DNA of 64,000 nucleotides from positions 14,596-78,595 of IMG/VR virus record IMGVR_UViG_3300024520_000049. One strand, written 5' to 3'. The notes under the pieces are model-generated. The model was not told where the DNA came from and made no database searches. It saw only the letters and a program-made list of their open reading frames with translations. Numbering within the stretch: position 1 is the first letter of the stretch; each line of letters starts with the position of its first letter. The translations under genes and the position numbers were made by a program. Below are positions 48,233 to 57,087 of the stretch, piece by piece. This DNA comes from a virus.

Positions 48233-48901
48233 TTGATGGAATGGATGAATGAAAATGAGAATCGCAACTACCCGATCCGGGAAGACCTGACAGCAGTCGC
48301 GACCAATAACCCGCTACCGCTCCAGCTACCGTGTGGTGTGATTGCAGATATGGTGGTCAGCATTGAGGGCTCACGCACTGCAGACGTGTTCATCTCCTCC
48401 GTCTCGCTGACGCCTACATTAGTTTCTGTCGCAGTTGGAGCCGGAGACGAGCTTATCTTGCTGGCAACTATAGCGGACGTGGAGGTGCACAAAGTGTACA
48501 GACTGGAGCCGCAGGCCGCCGGGGTCTCTGGCTACGTGGCCTTCGGGTACCGCGCAGTAGTCGACGCACCAGAGACGTACATATTTGACGGTCCGGAGGT
48601 TTCGGGGCTATCTTCCAAAGCTGTGCGCGCGATCGAAGCCCCCACCGTAACCTCACTGGGGCAGTCCAGTGTCGACACTGAACCCTTAACTGGGGACATC
48701 AGGCTGGTTGCAGGCTCAAAAATCTCACTCATTCGTGACGGCAACACGATAAAGATTGGGCTCCAAGAGCAGTATCGCCACCTTTTCGTAGGCCCCTGCG
48801 ATCGGCTGACTGAGTTCATTACCTGCGGTAAGCCCCCGCTCCGGGAGATCAACGGAGTAGGTCCTGACGGCTCTGGTAAGATAACGATTGAGGTAGAGTG
48901 A
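48233..48901 (+). CDS. Paralogous array protein 3 (EWMNENENRNYPI)
   Basis: GDIRLVAGSKISL, INGVGPDGSG. Confidence 0.65.
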   Translation: MMEWMNENENRNYPIREDLTAVATNNPLPLQLPCGVIADMVVSIEGSRTADVFISSVSLTPTLVSVAVGAGDELILLATIADVEVHKVYRLEPQAAGVSGYVAFGYRAVVDAPETYIFDGPEVSGLSSKAVRAIEAPTVTSLGQSSVDTEPLTGDIRLVAGSKISLIRDGNTIKIGLQEQYRHLFVGPCDRLTEFITCGKPPLREINGVGPDGSGKITIEVE

Positions 48902-49908
48902 TGGCTATAATCGTTTTACCTGAGTGGCGGAACAGCAACCATTCTCGTGCGTTTCCTTTCGCCTCAGCCGATATGACGCTGACCAGTAAAGAACGCTTCC
49001 GGCTGAGAGAGGACACGTTTGTCGATGGTGTTTTCTACCCCATCGACATGTCTGGTGTTTTGTTTCTCTCCAGAATATCAATGCCAGAGGCTATTCTCAC
49101 AATAAGCGATTCCGTTACTGGTGTGATCAAAGGCACAGGGGCTATCGTTGACGGTGAAGAGGCCATACGATTCTACGACGGCCTAAACCGACACATTGGG
49201 GTGCTGGTTAAAGGCCCGTCATTCGATCTTCTCATTGGTGACAACACGTTTGACGCGGATGCTACAGTGTTTGCGCCAGCTTGTGTGTTCGCCCGGAACC
49301 AGGTGGGGGTTCGCTCCATACGGATGCCTGACGGGGCGGTTCTTACGGGTGAGGTGAAGTTTGAAGGGCAAGATGGGATTGTGCTGCGGGTCGAGGATGG
49401 CGCGATCGCCATACATGCAGTGGGCAGCGCAGAGGTACCAGATGATATTCAGCTCGGCCCGCCGATTAAGCAGATCTACATTAACGAGCTCGCCGACTCC
49501 GCCCTGACGATTGGCAGGGATGGAAATATCATCAAGATCGGGCATAGGGTCTCTTTAGCGGACACTGATAGCTCCAAAGATCAAATCGTCGGAGAGGGCG
49601 GGGAACTGCCGCCACGGGAGGATACCAAGTTCGGAACTGGCGTGTTTGACCCATGCGTCCCACCTGGCCCAGAGGCACCACCACCCGCGCTCCCACCCAC
49701 ACTGCCCGGCGAGCAGGAAGTTGCACACGCGGGGTTTTTCTACATGGTGTCAGTGACAGATCTCATCAGCATCTCACCTGTGTCGGCGCCGTCCATACCT
49801 ACGACGATCCAAGGTATTGATCCGGAGATCTTGGATCTTGTGGCACGGTCACTTCCGCCAAGAGACAAGCAGGGGCTGAAGTTTAATATGAAGGACTGTA
49901 GAACATAA
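48898..49908 (+). CDS. Paralogous array protein 4 (EWRNSNHSRAFPF)
   Basis: GEVKFEGQDGIVL; Pro-rich linker. Confidence 0.65.
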   Translation: MMAIIVLPEWRNSNHSRAFPFASADMTLTSKERFRLREDTFVDGVFYPIDMSGVLFLSRISMPEAILTISDSVTGVIKGTGAIVDGEEAIRFYDGLNRHIGVLVKGPSFDLLIGDNTFDADATVFAPACVFARNQVGVRSIRMPDGAVLTGEVKFEGQDGIVLRVEDGAIAIHAVGSAEVPDDIQLGPPIKQIYINELADSALTIGRDGNIIKIGHRVSLADTDSSKDQIVGEGGELPPREDTKFGTGVFDPCVPPGPEAPPPALPPTLPGEQEVAHAGFFYMVSVTDLISISPVSAPSIPTTIQGIDPEILDLVARSLPPRDKQGLKFNMKDCRT

Positions 49909-50714
49909 TGCGCGGAATTGAATGGCTAAATCATAACCAGTATCGCAGCTATCCTTTTGTTGAGGATCAGGTGCTGCAGGGTGCGTCTGGCGGTGACACG
50001 TTGGACCTCCCGCTGGATACGCTGTTGGATCTGACAGTGCTCAGCTACTCCGGCAGCGTTGCCGAGGTGCGTTTGATATCTATAGATATACATCCAGCTG
50101 GTGCCTCGGCTACGTTTACGTTTACAATTTCGGGCGGGCCTGTGGTCATTGTGGTGTCGGCGGCGATTACCCCGCCATTCGAGGGAGAGGTGCGTGTGGA
50201 CACATCCCCAGGCCACGCAGGCCTTTTGCTGCGTCCAATTTTTGGGGCAGGAATTGGTGAAATTACGGGAAATGCCGCGAATTACGGGAAAACCTTCCTT
50301 TTTGACCTGCTTATGGAGCACAGCACCACAATCGCGGCATCAAACTCGTGGGTGACGTCTATTGTGGGCATCGAGCCTGGAGGCGGCGAAACAGAGTTTC
50401 TCGGCGACGTGCTGCTGGCTGAGGGCTACAACATCATTCTATCCTTCAACAAATCGCGAAATACCATCGAGATTAAAGCCGCTGTAGGTGCCGGGCTTGG
50501 TGTGCCTTGTGAACCTATGCTTGGCCCGCCGGCAGACTGTGAAGAGGGTATCTATTATATCAACGGACGCCACCCAGACTGGTACGGCCGATTTACGCTG
50601 GAAGCTACTGCGGGTCTGAAGGTTACAGAGGACGCGTCGGCAAACAAGATTATCTTCACTTCGGACATAGATCCCCTGCGTCCGCAGTGTAACGACCCAT
50701 CAGGAGATCCGTGA
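49908..50714 (+). CDS. Paralogous array protein 5 (EWLNHNQYRSYPF)
   Basis: GDVLLAEGYNIIL, GAGLGVPC, INGRHPDWYG. Confidence 0.65.
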   Translation: MRGIEWLNHNQYRSYPFVEDQVLQGASGGDTLDLPLDTLLDLTVLSYSGSVAEVRLISIDIHPAGASATFTFTISGGPVVIVVSAAITPPFEGEVRVDTSPGHAGLLLRPIFGAGIGEITGNAANYGKTFLFDLLMEHSTTIAASNSWVTSIVGIEPGGGETEFLGDVLLAEGYNIILSFNKSRNTIEIKAAVGAGLGVPCEPMLGPPADCEEGIYYINGRHPDWYGRFTLEATAGLKVTEDASANKIIFTSDIDPLRPQCNDPSGDP

Positions 50715-51490
50715 TGGCTAGAGACCCCTTTGAATACGTGAGTGGCTGCAGCGGCCCAGACGTGGACTTGGACATCCTGCCGACCGGCTTCCCGATCTGC
50801 TCATTTCCGACGTTCACCAACCCGACGTTCTGCCCCAACCTTATTGATGTGACGGTGCCAGATATAGCGACCCCACCGATGTGTCCGTGCATACCAACGA
50901 TATATTTGACGCCAGAGAGCAAGATCGCAGTTACAGCGACAGCTGATCCGAGCATGACCTTTGAGATCCGACCAGGCACCGCTGACTGCTGCGAGCCTAC
51001 TTTTGACGCGACGTTTGATATAGAACTCCCTTGCCTACCCTTCGATGTGACTTTTGCAGGGACCATAAATACTGGAAACATCGACCTGCAATTAGTGAAG
51101 AATTCTTCTGAGTGTAAGCTGGAGCTGGACATCTCGATCAGCTTGCCAGACATCCTCGGACCAACTGGACCGACAGGGCCAACTGGACCTACCGGAAGTT
51201 TTTCCGGCTCAGGGAGCTTCACTTTCCCCGGAATATCCATTACATTTATAATATCCACTACGTGTGTGACTCCAGCGGACCCCACATGTGTCGGCGCTCA
51301 CATTGGTGGCGAGGTTGTAACAGGGTCGGATGGATGCGGGAACCCAACGGATGTAACTATTGTGGTTGAAGGAATTATAGCGATACCAGTACCTTCTGGC
51401 GTAAGCTGCTGCCCCACGCCGATACCAACGTATGATCCAACATACGCGCCAACATACGCGCCAACGTATTGTCCGACGTACACACCTTAA
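50714..51490 (+). CDS. Cys/Pro/Thr-rich protein with short collagen-like (GPT)4 and C-terminal PTYx repeats
   Basis: 15 Cys; GPTGPTGPTGPTG; PTYDPTYAPTYAPTYCPTYTP. Confidence 0.6.
   Translation: MARDPFEYVSGCSGPDVDLDILPTGFPICSFPTFTNPTFCPNLIDVTVPDIATPPMCPCIPTIYLTPESKIAVTATADPSMTFEIRPGTADCCEPTFDATFDIELPCLPFDVTFAGTINTGNIDLQLVKNSSECKLELDISISLPDILGPTGPTGPTGPTGSFSGSGSFTFPGISITFIISTTCVTPADPTCVGAHIGGEVVTGSDGCGNPTDVTIVVEGIIAIPVPSGVSCCPTPIPTYDPTYAPTYAPTYCPTYTP
51425..51487 (+). repeat. 12-nt tandem repeat x5 encoding PTYx
   Basis: CCAACGTATGAT, CCAACATACGCG x2, CCAACGTATTGT, CCGACGTACACA. Confidence 0.9.
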
Positions 51491-51502
51491 GGAGAATGAA
51501 CA

Positions 51503-51907
51503 ATGGCCCAATTAGAGGTTAGACGCTCAATACCTACTACTGAGGAAGGGATCATCCGGCAATGCTACGACATGCGTGTCGAGGTGCTAAACGCCACCGA
51601 CATGCCTCCGGAGATTTTCGTGTTTCAGCGAGGAGTGGCGCCAGCCCGGTCGGGGCAGGTAACAGAGCCGACGGACCAGTTCAAAACCGTCGCTGACCCT
51701 GTGGATCTTGAAGAGTACCCGCCCGACGCCCCCGATCTGCAGAATGAGATTCCCTTTTACCGAAGGTCAGAAGTTACCTTGCGGTTCCGCTCTTTGATTG
51801 AACTGGAGGAAACCTGGGAGTATATTGCCGAAGACATTCAGGGATTAGTGACGGCATTGAACATTGATTTAAGTGACCCACAAACAGAAGATTTTACTTT
51901 CTCATGA
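51503..51907 (+). CDS. Hypothetical protein
   Basis: AAGGAG RBS; 134 aa, acidic. Confidence 0.65.
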   Translation: MAQLEVRRSIPTTEEGIIRQCYDMRVEVLNATDMPPEIFVFQRGVAPARSGQVTEPTDQFKTVADPVDLEEYPPDAPDLQNEIPFYRRSEVTLRFRSLIELEETWEYIAEDIQGLVTALNIDLSDPQTEDFTFS

Positions 51908-52200
51908 GCGGTAACATTGTGGTTTCACAAAACATGGTAAGACGTTTAGCGAATGACGCCTTTTATGCGCTATTCCCTGAGTTTCGTGTGCTTCGGCAGG
52001 TGCAAACGGCGGCTGGCCGTTCGTGCCCGAAGTGCGCACGTACGAAAACAGAGGAGCGCCGTGTCGCGGGCTTTACCGCTATATTAAAATCTTTAAGTGC
52101 CGTACGTCTTACAGCGTTGAAGAAGCATCTAGGCGTCGCGCACATCACGCTGCGCGCACTCAATCGCGCGACTGGCAAATATGAGCCGAGGGTTATCTGA
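51904..52200 (+). CDS. Small basic protein with CxxC
   Basis: RSCPKCAR; overlapping start and stop. Confidence 0.55.
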   Translation: MSGNIVVSQNMVRRLANDAFYALFPEFRVLRQVQTAAGRSCPKCARTKTEERRVAGFTAILKSLSAVRLTALKKHLGVAHITLRALNRATGKYEPRVI

Positions 52201-54239
52201 TGGATTCACAAAATTTACGTAATGCAAAACTTGACCACAGAGGGACGACGGACATCGGCGGCGCTGGCCGAGAGTCGATGCTCCTCAAGACCGACCCGTC
52301 TGGGGCAATTAGTGTACCCCCAGGGTCCGTCGTAATCCCAACCCCAGCCGGGGTGGCTTATGTCGATGCGTCGATAGGTAGCGACGTGACTGGTGATGGG
52401 AGCATTGGCGCGCCATACGCTACTCTCACAAAAGCCGTGGCGGAGAACGTGATTGCCGGCGCGTCAGACATGACGATCTTCTTGGGGCCTGGTACCTACG
52501 CTGCCCCAACAGTGTCCGACGCTGCTCAGGATAACATCGCCATTCATGGTGTGTCGCAGGACCAGACAACGATCACGGGGACGCTCACTTTCGCCAGCGC
52601 TGCAGCCATTAACACGTTGTCACTGTTTGACTTATCCGCGGACACGGTATCTGATTTGAATGTCGGGGGTACATTTAACGTCGACCTTTACGCCGCCATA
52701 CTCGCCACAGCGACCTCTGCAAACGTCGCCAACACTGGGGTCATTGTGATCACACCAGTGTCTTCTGTGACGTCTACAACAAACATCACAAGGCAGTACG
52801 AGCCGGATGCAGACTCAGTGGGCTATAGCCCGACAGTGCCTGCGGACTGGAGCCCAGCACCTTCAGAAGCCGGCCCTGCACTGGACCAGTTGGCCGATCG
52901 CACCACCACCCTTGAAGAAGATAAGGTGGATGGGCCGGGGGTGGCAGTAGATGACAACCTGGCGGCCTTCGACGGGGTCACTGGGAAGATCATCAAAGAC
53001 AGCGGCATAGCCCTGGCGAACGTGGTGCAAGGCCCAGCGTCGGCGATCGATGAGGCCATCGCGGTATATGACGGCATCACCGGTAAGTTGATTAAAGACA
53101 GCACAGTTCTCATCTCAGACCTATTCACGGGACCTGGCAGTGCTGTTGACGAAAACATCGCTGTTTTCGATGGCATCACAGGGAAGCTGGTAAAGGATAG
53201 TCTCATAAGCATTAACGACGTGGTTATCGGTCCAGCTTCAGCAGTAAACGAGAACATCGCCATATTTGACCTGACCACGGGAAAGGTGATCAAGGACAGT
53301 GGTATCCCCATCTCGGGGCTGGGCGACTCTGGTAAGATGGCAGTCAACAGCTCGGATACGACTTTGGATTACTCAGACGTGAAGCTGCCCGTTACTGGAG
53401 CACTCAGCGAGATCGTCTCAGACGCCGGCGGGCTCGACCTGACCCGTACACTGGGCTTGGACATTGACGCACTCACTGAAGAAACAGTGATCGCCGGGGC
53501 TGACGATTGGCTCATCCTTCACGATGATGATGCTGCGGGCGATATCCTGGCCCGCAACAGAAAGATTTCCCTGCCCACTTTGATGCTGACCCCTATCGCG
53601 GGGATCTATCGCGCGTTCTACACGCAGGCGATTAACTTCAAAGTGAGCAGCACACAGACTGCCATGTTCCTGGTCCCTACAGGGTTGCGACTGCAGATAG
53701 ATGATTTTGATGTAGTTGTAGACAAGGCGACTCCGGCAACGGATACGCCAACAATGCAGCTAGGTATTTCTGGTACACCTGACATGTTTTTATCACCAAC
53801 CAAGCTCGATTTATCGATGGTTGTGGTAAACAAACGCGAGATTTTTCCGATCAACTCGGATGCAATCGGCGCAGGAACTGTCATCGAAGTGGGTGTTACC
53901 ATTGCCGGCATAAGTGCTGGCGACTACGAAGGCACAGTAGTGTTGCGGGGGTATTTGCTACCTATTCCTGGCGGCTCCCCAGCTGCAACCACAGGCATCG
54001 GCTTTGAACGAGTCGATTTTACTGCGGACGGGGTAGGTACAGTCGCTGGAGTCAAATTTGTTACCCTCACACCCGCCCCTGTCGATCCTGACAGTGTCGT
54101 GGTGCGAGTACGCGGCGCGGCCTCGCAAGTTGAGGGTAGTGATTATATTGTATCCGGAAACCAAGTATCGTGGGTTGGTCTAGGCCTTGAGACACTGCTA
54201 ATATTGGGCAGCGAGATCGAAATTACCTACGCAAGTTAA
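52200..54239 (+). CDS. Tail-fibre-like protein with 4 x 33-aa repeats
   Basis: YVDASIGSDVTGDGSIGAPYATL (adhesin/lyase-type N-terminal motif); GPxxAxDxxIAxFDGxTGKxIKDS repeats. Confidence 0.65.
   Translation: MDSQNLRNAKLDHRGTTDIGGAGRESMLLKTDPSGAISVPPGSVVIPTPAGVAYVDASIGSDVTGDGSIGAPYATLTKAVAENVIAGASDMTIFLGPGTYAAPTVSDAAQDNIAIHGVSQDQTTITGTLTFASAAAINTLSLFDLSADTVSDLNVGGTFNVDLYAAILATATSANVANTGVIVITPVSSVTSTTNITRQYEPDADSVGYSPTVPADWSPAPSEAGPALDQLADRTTTLEEDKVDGPGVAVDDNLAAFDGVTGKIIKDSGIALANVVQGPASAIDEAIAVYDGITGKLIKDSTVLISDLFTGPGSAVDENIAVFDGITGKLVKDSLISINDVVIGPASAVNENIAIFDLTTGKVIKDSGIPISGLGDSGKMAVNSSDTTLDYSDVKLPVTGALSEIVSDAGGLDLTRTLGLDIDALTEETVIAGADDWLILHDDDAAGDILARNRKISLPTLMLTPIAGIYRAFYTQAINFKVSSTQTAMFLVPTGLRLQIDDFDVVVDKATPATDTPTMQLGISGTPDMFLSPTKLDLSMVVVNKREIFPINSDAIGAGTVIEVGVTIAGISAGDYEGTVVLRGYLLPIPGGSPAATTGIGFERVDFTADGVGTVAGVKFVTLTPAPVDPDSVVVRVRGAASQVEGSDYIVSGNQVSWVGLGLETLLILGSEIEITYAS
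52929..53325 (+). repeat. Four ~99-nt (33-aa) degenerate tandem repeats
   Basis: DGPGVAVDDNLAAFDGVTGKIIKDSG / QGPASAIDEAIAVYDGITGKLIKDST / TGPGSAVDENIAVFDGITGKLVKDSL / IGPASAVNENIAIFDLTTGKVIKDSG. Confidence 0.85.
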
Positions 54240-54262
54240 CCACAACTAAGAGGGCATTAGCA

Positions 54263-56005
54263 ATGGCTAAAACACTCGCATCACATTTTAGTATTGATGC
54301 AAACATTAACATGGACCCAACGGCTGCTGCCGCTAAGAGCATCGTGGATGCTGGCGAAATCAGCATGGCGACCACTGGCGGCGCTTCCGGTAAGATCGTT
54401 GATCTGACTGCAGGTACGGCCGCTTCTGACGCCGTTAACAAAGGTCAGCTGGATGCTGCTATTGCAGGTTTGAGCTGGCAAGACCCTGTGAGCACTAAAG
54501 ATTATCTTGGTACTCGCACCATCACGGAAATCAACGCGTTGACTCCGGCCGCAGGCCAGACAGTTGTCGCTGGCGACGCTGGCACACCTTCTGCAGGCTT
54601 GTCTGCCGCGCTGGTAGCTGGTTCGGTTGCTGAGTACGACGGCGCCAACTGGAAGGAAATCGTGACTGGTTCTGGCGGGTTTGTTCCCAATGGTACTCGT
54701 CTTCACGTGCACGATGAGACTGTTACACTCTTTGCCCCCCTTACCGATGGTACGGACGAAAAGAAGATCGCAGACTTCGACGGCACAACCAACACCCCGG
54801 CGCTGACAACTCCCTCCGATGGCTGGGCGTTCCTCGTTGCGGGCGATGGCTCTGTTAACGAGAACACTGGCTGGGTCTACGACACTGGCTCAACGTCCTG
54901 GATCCAGTTTACTGGTACTGGTGTTACAGATCACGGTGCTTTGTCCGGCTTGACTGACGATGACCACTCGCAGTACCTGCTCCTGGCAGGTCGCACAGGC
55001 GGTCAGACGGCTGTCGGTAGCACAGATGCTGGCGAAGATCTGACGTTGTCCTCAACTGCACATGCGACTAAAGGTACCATTATCCTCTCCGACGCTGCGG
55101 AGCTCAAAGCGAGCACAGCAGCTGGTGCGGGTACTGGTTCTTTACACTTCACTGGCGATACCAACACAGGTATCTTCAGCGATGGCGGTGATGCATTTGC
55201 GATCCAGACAGGCGGCACCGAAGCGATTCGTGCTACCTCCGCACAGCAGATCCAGGTTGCTGGCCAGTCCTCTGGTACTGGGTGTATCGTCAGTAATGCT
55301 GACACCGACACTGGTCTTGGTCTTCCTGGCAGCGATGTCTTGGATCTGATCACTGGTGGCAACATTGCCGTGAACATTGACGCGAACCAAGCGGCGAAGT
55401 TCAACGGCCAGGCGTGGAGCGAAACCACAAACCTGACTGGTGATGCAGCCAATGTCGCAACGAACTGCAACAGTGGTAATACCTTCGACATGACATTGGG
55501 CGCTTCCAGCGGACAGCTGGATAACCCGACGAACATGCAGGACGGTGCGACCTATGTGTGGATCATCCGTCAGGATGGTACTGGTGGCCGGACGTTGACG
55601 TTTGGTTCAGCGTTTATCTTCCCAGGTGGAACAGCCCCGGCGCTGAGCTCTGGCGTAAGTGAAGTCGACCTGTTGGTCGGTGTCAGCGATGGCACCAACC
55701 TGTACGCAGACATTCGCTCCAACAACGCGATTGACTCCGACGACCTGGTCAACCTGCCTACAGAGCAAGTTGACCTGTTGACAGTGTCTGGTGGTACGGT
55801 AACTCTGACTCAGACGCCCATCGCGGCTGCCTCAGTCAAAGTCTACCTCCGCGGCGGTGTGATGCAGACCAGCAACTCCTGGGATGGTACTGACTACGCT
55901 TACTCGGTTTCGGGTACGACAGTCACCTTCACAGGTGGTGGAACGGAAGCAGGCGACGTTGCCAATGGCGACGAAGTCTTCTGCGTGTACGAATACAAGG
56001 CGTAA
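54263..56005 (+). CDS. Modular tail-fibre/whisker-like virion protein
   Basis: IVDLTAGTAASDAVNKGQLD neck motif, DHGALSGLTDDDHSQYL, DTNTG/DTDTG beta repeats, WIIRQDGTGGRTLTF. Confidence 0.65.
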   Translation: MAKTLASHFSIDANINMDPTAAAAKSIVDAGEISMATTGGASGKIVDLTAGTAASDAVNKGQLDAAIAGLSWQDPVSTKDYLGTRTITEINALTPAAGQTVVAGDAGTPSAGLSAALVAGSVAEYDGANWKEIVTGSGGFVPNGTRLHVHDETVTLFAPLTDGTDEKKIADFDGTTNTPALTTPSDGWAFLVAGDGSVNENTGWVYDTGSTSWIQFTGTGVTDHGALSGLTDDDHSQYLLLAGRTGGQTAVGSTDAGEDLTLSSTAHATKGTIILSDAAELKASTAAGAGTGSLHFTGDTNTGIFSDGGDAFAIQTGGTEAIRATSAQQIQVAGQSSGTGCIVSNADTDTGLGLPGSDVLDLITGGNIAVNIDANQAAKFNGQAWSETTNLTGDAANVATNCNSGNTFDMTLGASSGQLDNPTNMQDGATYVWIIRQDGTGGRTLTFGSAFIFPGGTAPALSSGVSEVDLLVGVSDGTNLYADIRSNNAIDSDDLVNLPTEQVDLLTVSGGTVTLTQTPIAAASVKVYLRGGVMQTSNSWDGTDYAYSVSGTTVTFTGGGTEAGDVANGDEVFCVYEYKA

Positions 56006-56021
56006 CCTCGGTCGCGCTTAC

Positions 56022-56064
56022 AGCCAGCCTCCTTGGGACCCCTCTCGGGGGCTGGCTTTTTTTT
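56022..56064 (+). terminator. Rho-independent terminator
   Basis: AGCCAGCCTCC / GGGGGCTGGCT stem followed by a T-run. Confidence 0.85.
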
Positions 56065-56090
56065 ACTTCCTCACCAACGTCGGCGGACTG

Positions 56091-56729
56091 ATGAAGGTAC
56101 TACGAAATCATATACAATTAAACTACGCCACCGCAGGCTCGCTGCGCGCGGAGGATATTCCCTATGATGGCTCACAATCGATTACAACTAAAGTTGATGC
56201 TATTGCCAGCGGAGCGCTCGTCCCTTTGGCAGAAAAGATCGCAAGCGGTAGTGCGAATATAGAGTTCACTACTGAGATAACTTCTTTGTACGACAAATAC
56301 ATACTAGACATGACTGGAGTAAGCCCAGCTAGCAGTAGTCAGGTTTTGTACGCTAAAGTTTACGTAAACGGTGCTTTGAAGCAAAGTAGTGGCAACTATC
56401 GATATATTTTCACTGATTATGATTACGCTGGCGGAGGTTCACAAGTTGCAGTAGATAGTGGGGCATTTTCTACGTACCTCAGATTATGCTGGGGGCAGCA
56501 GACGTCAGATTCCAATAATCTTAGTGGAGTTTTAGAATTAACAAACGTCAATACACCCAATCAGTGGAGTCAAATGGACTTCAAAGGTGGTTTTAATAAC
56601 ACCAGATTTACGACACAAGGCGCTAATAATGACGTGACAGCAGATGTTATCGACGGCCTCAGAATTCAATATTTAGCGGGCAACATCGCTGAGGGAATTT
56701 TCAGATTATACGGCGTTGCTAAGCCGTAA
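56091..56729 (+). CDS. Low-GC putative receptor-binding/fibre-tip protein
   Basis: ATG 56091 downstream of the terminator; C-terminal AGNIAEGIFRLYG is a common phage fibre-tip motif. Confidence 0.55.
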   Translation: MKVLRNHIQLNYATAGSLRAEDIPYDGSQSITTKVDAIASGALVPLAEKIASGSANIEFTTEITSLYDKYILDMTGVSPASSSQVLYAKVYVNGALKQSSGNYRYIFTDYDYAGGGSQVAVDSGAFSTYLRLCWGQQTSDSNNLSGVLELTNVNTPNQWSQMDFKGGFNNTRFTTQGANNDVTADVIDGLRIQYLAGNIAEGIFRLYGVAKP

Positions 56730-56736
56730 CGACTGG

Positions 56737-56764
56737 TTGACATACCCACCCAGCGGAATAGAGT
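56737..56764 (+). promoter_or_regulatory. Sigma70-like promoter
   Basis: TTGACA-16nt-TAGAGT upstream of a GGAGG RBS and the 95-aa/glycosyltransferase genes. Confidence 0.5.
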
Positions 56765-56796
56765 AGTACGAACACGAAATACGAAGGAGGCCTATC

Positions 56797-57084
56797 ATGG
56801 CAGGAAAAAAGAAAGACACCCCAAAAAAGAAGCGTGCACCAGCCCGCAAAAGGGCTACGGCTAAGACGAAAAAGACCAACACGCCCGCACCCCCTCCAGC
56901 TGTGCTACCGATCAGCACTGCAGATCTGCTCCGTGCTGACATGGACACCAGAGAGACCGCCTGCACCGCAGCGATTGAGGAGGCGGCCTCAAAGTTCAAC
57001 TGCATCATCGTCCCTGTGATTAAGATCGAGGGTGGGCAAGTTGCAGGGCACGTAGAGATCCGCGCCAGACCGCCTGTGGTGTAA
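56797..57084 (+). CDS. Small protein with Lys/Arg-rich N-terminus
   Basis: AAGGAGG RBS; MAGKKKDTPKKKRAPARKR. Confidence 0.7.
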   Translation: MAGKKKDTPKKKRAPARKRATAKTKKTNTPAPPPAVLPISTADLLRADMDTRETACTAAIEEAASKFNCIIVPVIKIEGGQVAGHVEIRARPPVV

Positions 57085-57087
57085 ACA

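Noticed and set aside
56400-56729. Diversity-generating retroelement variable region in the low-GC tip gene
   Set aside because: No template repeat or reverse transcriptase was seen in the window; AT-richness alone is insufficient.
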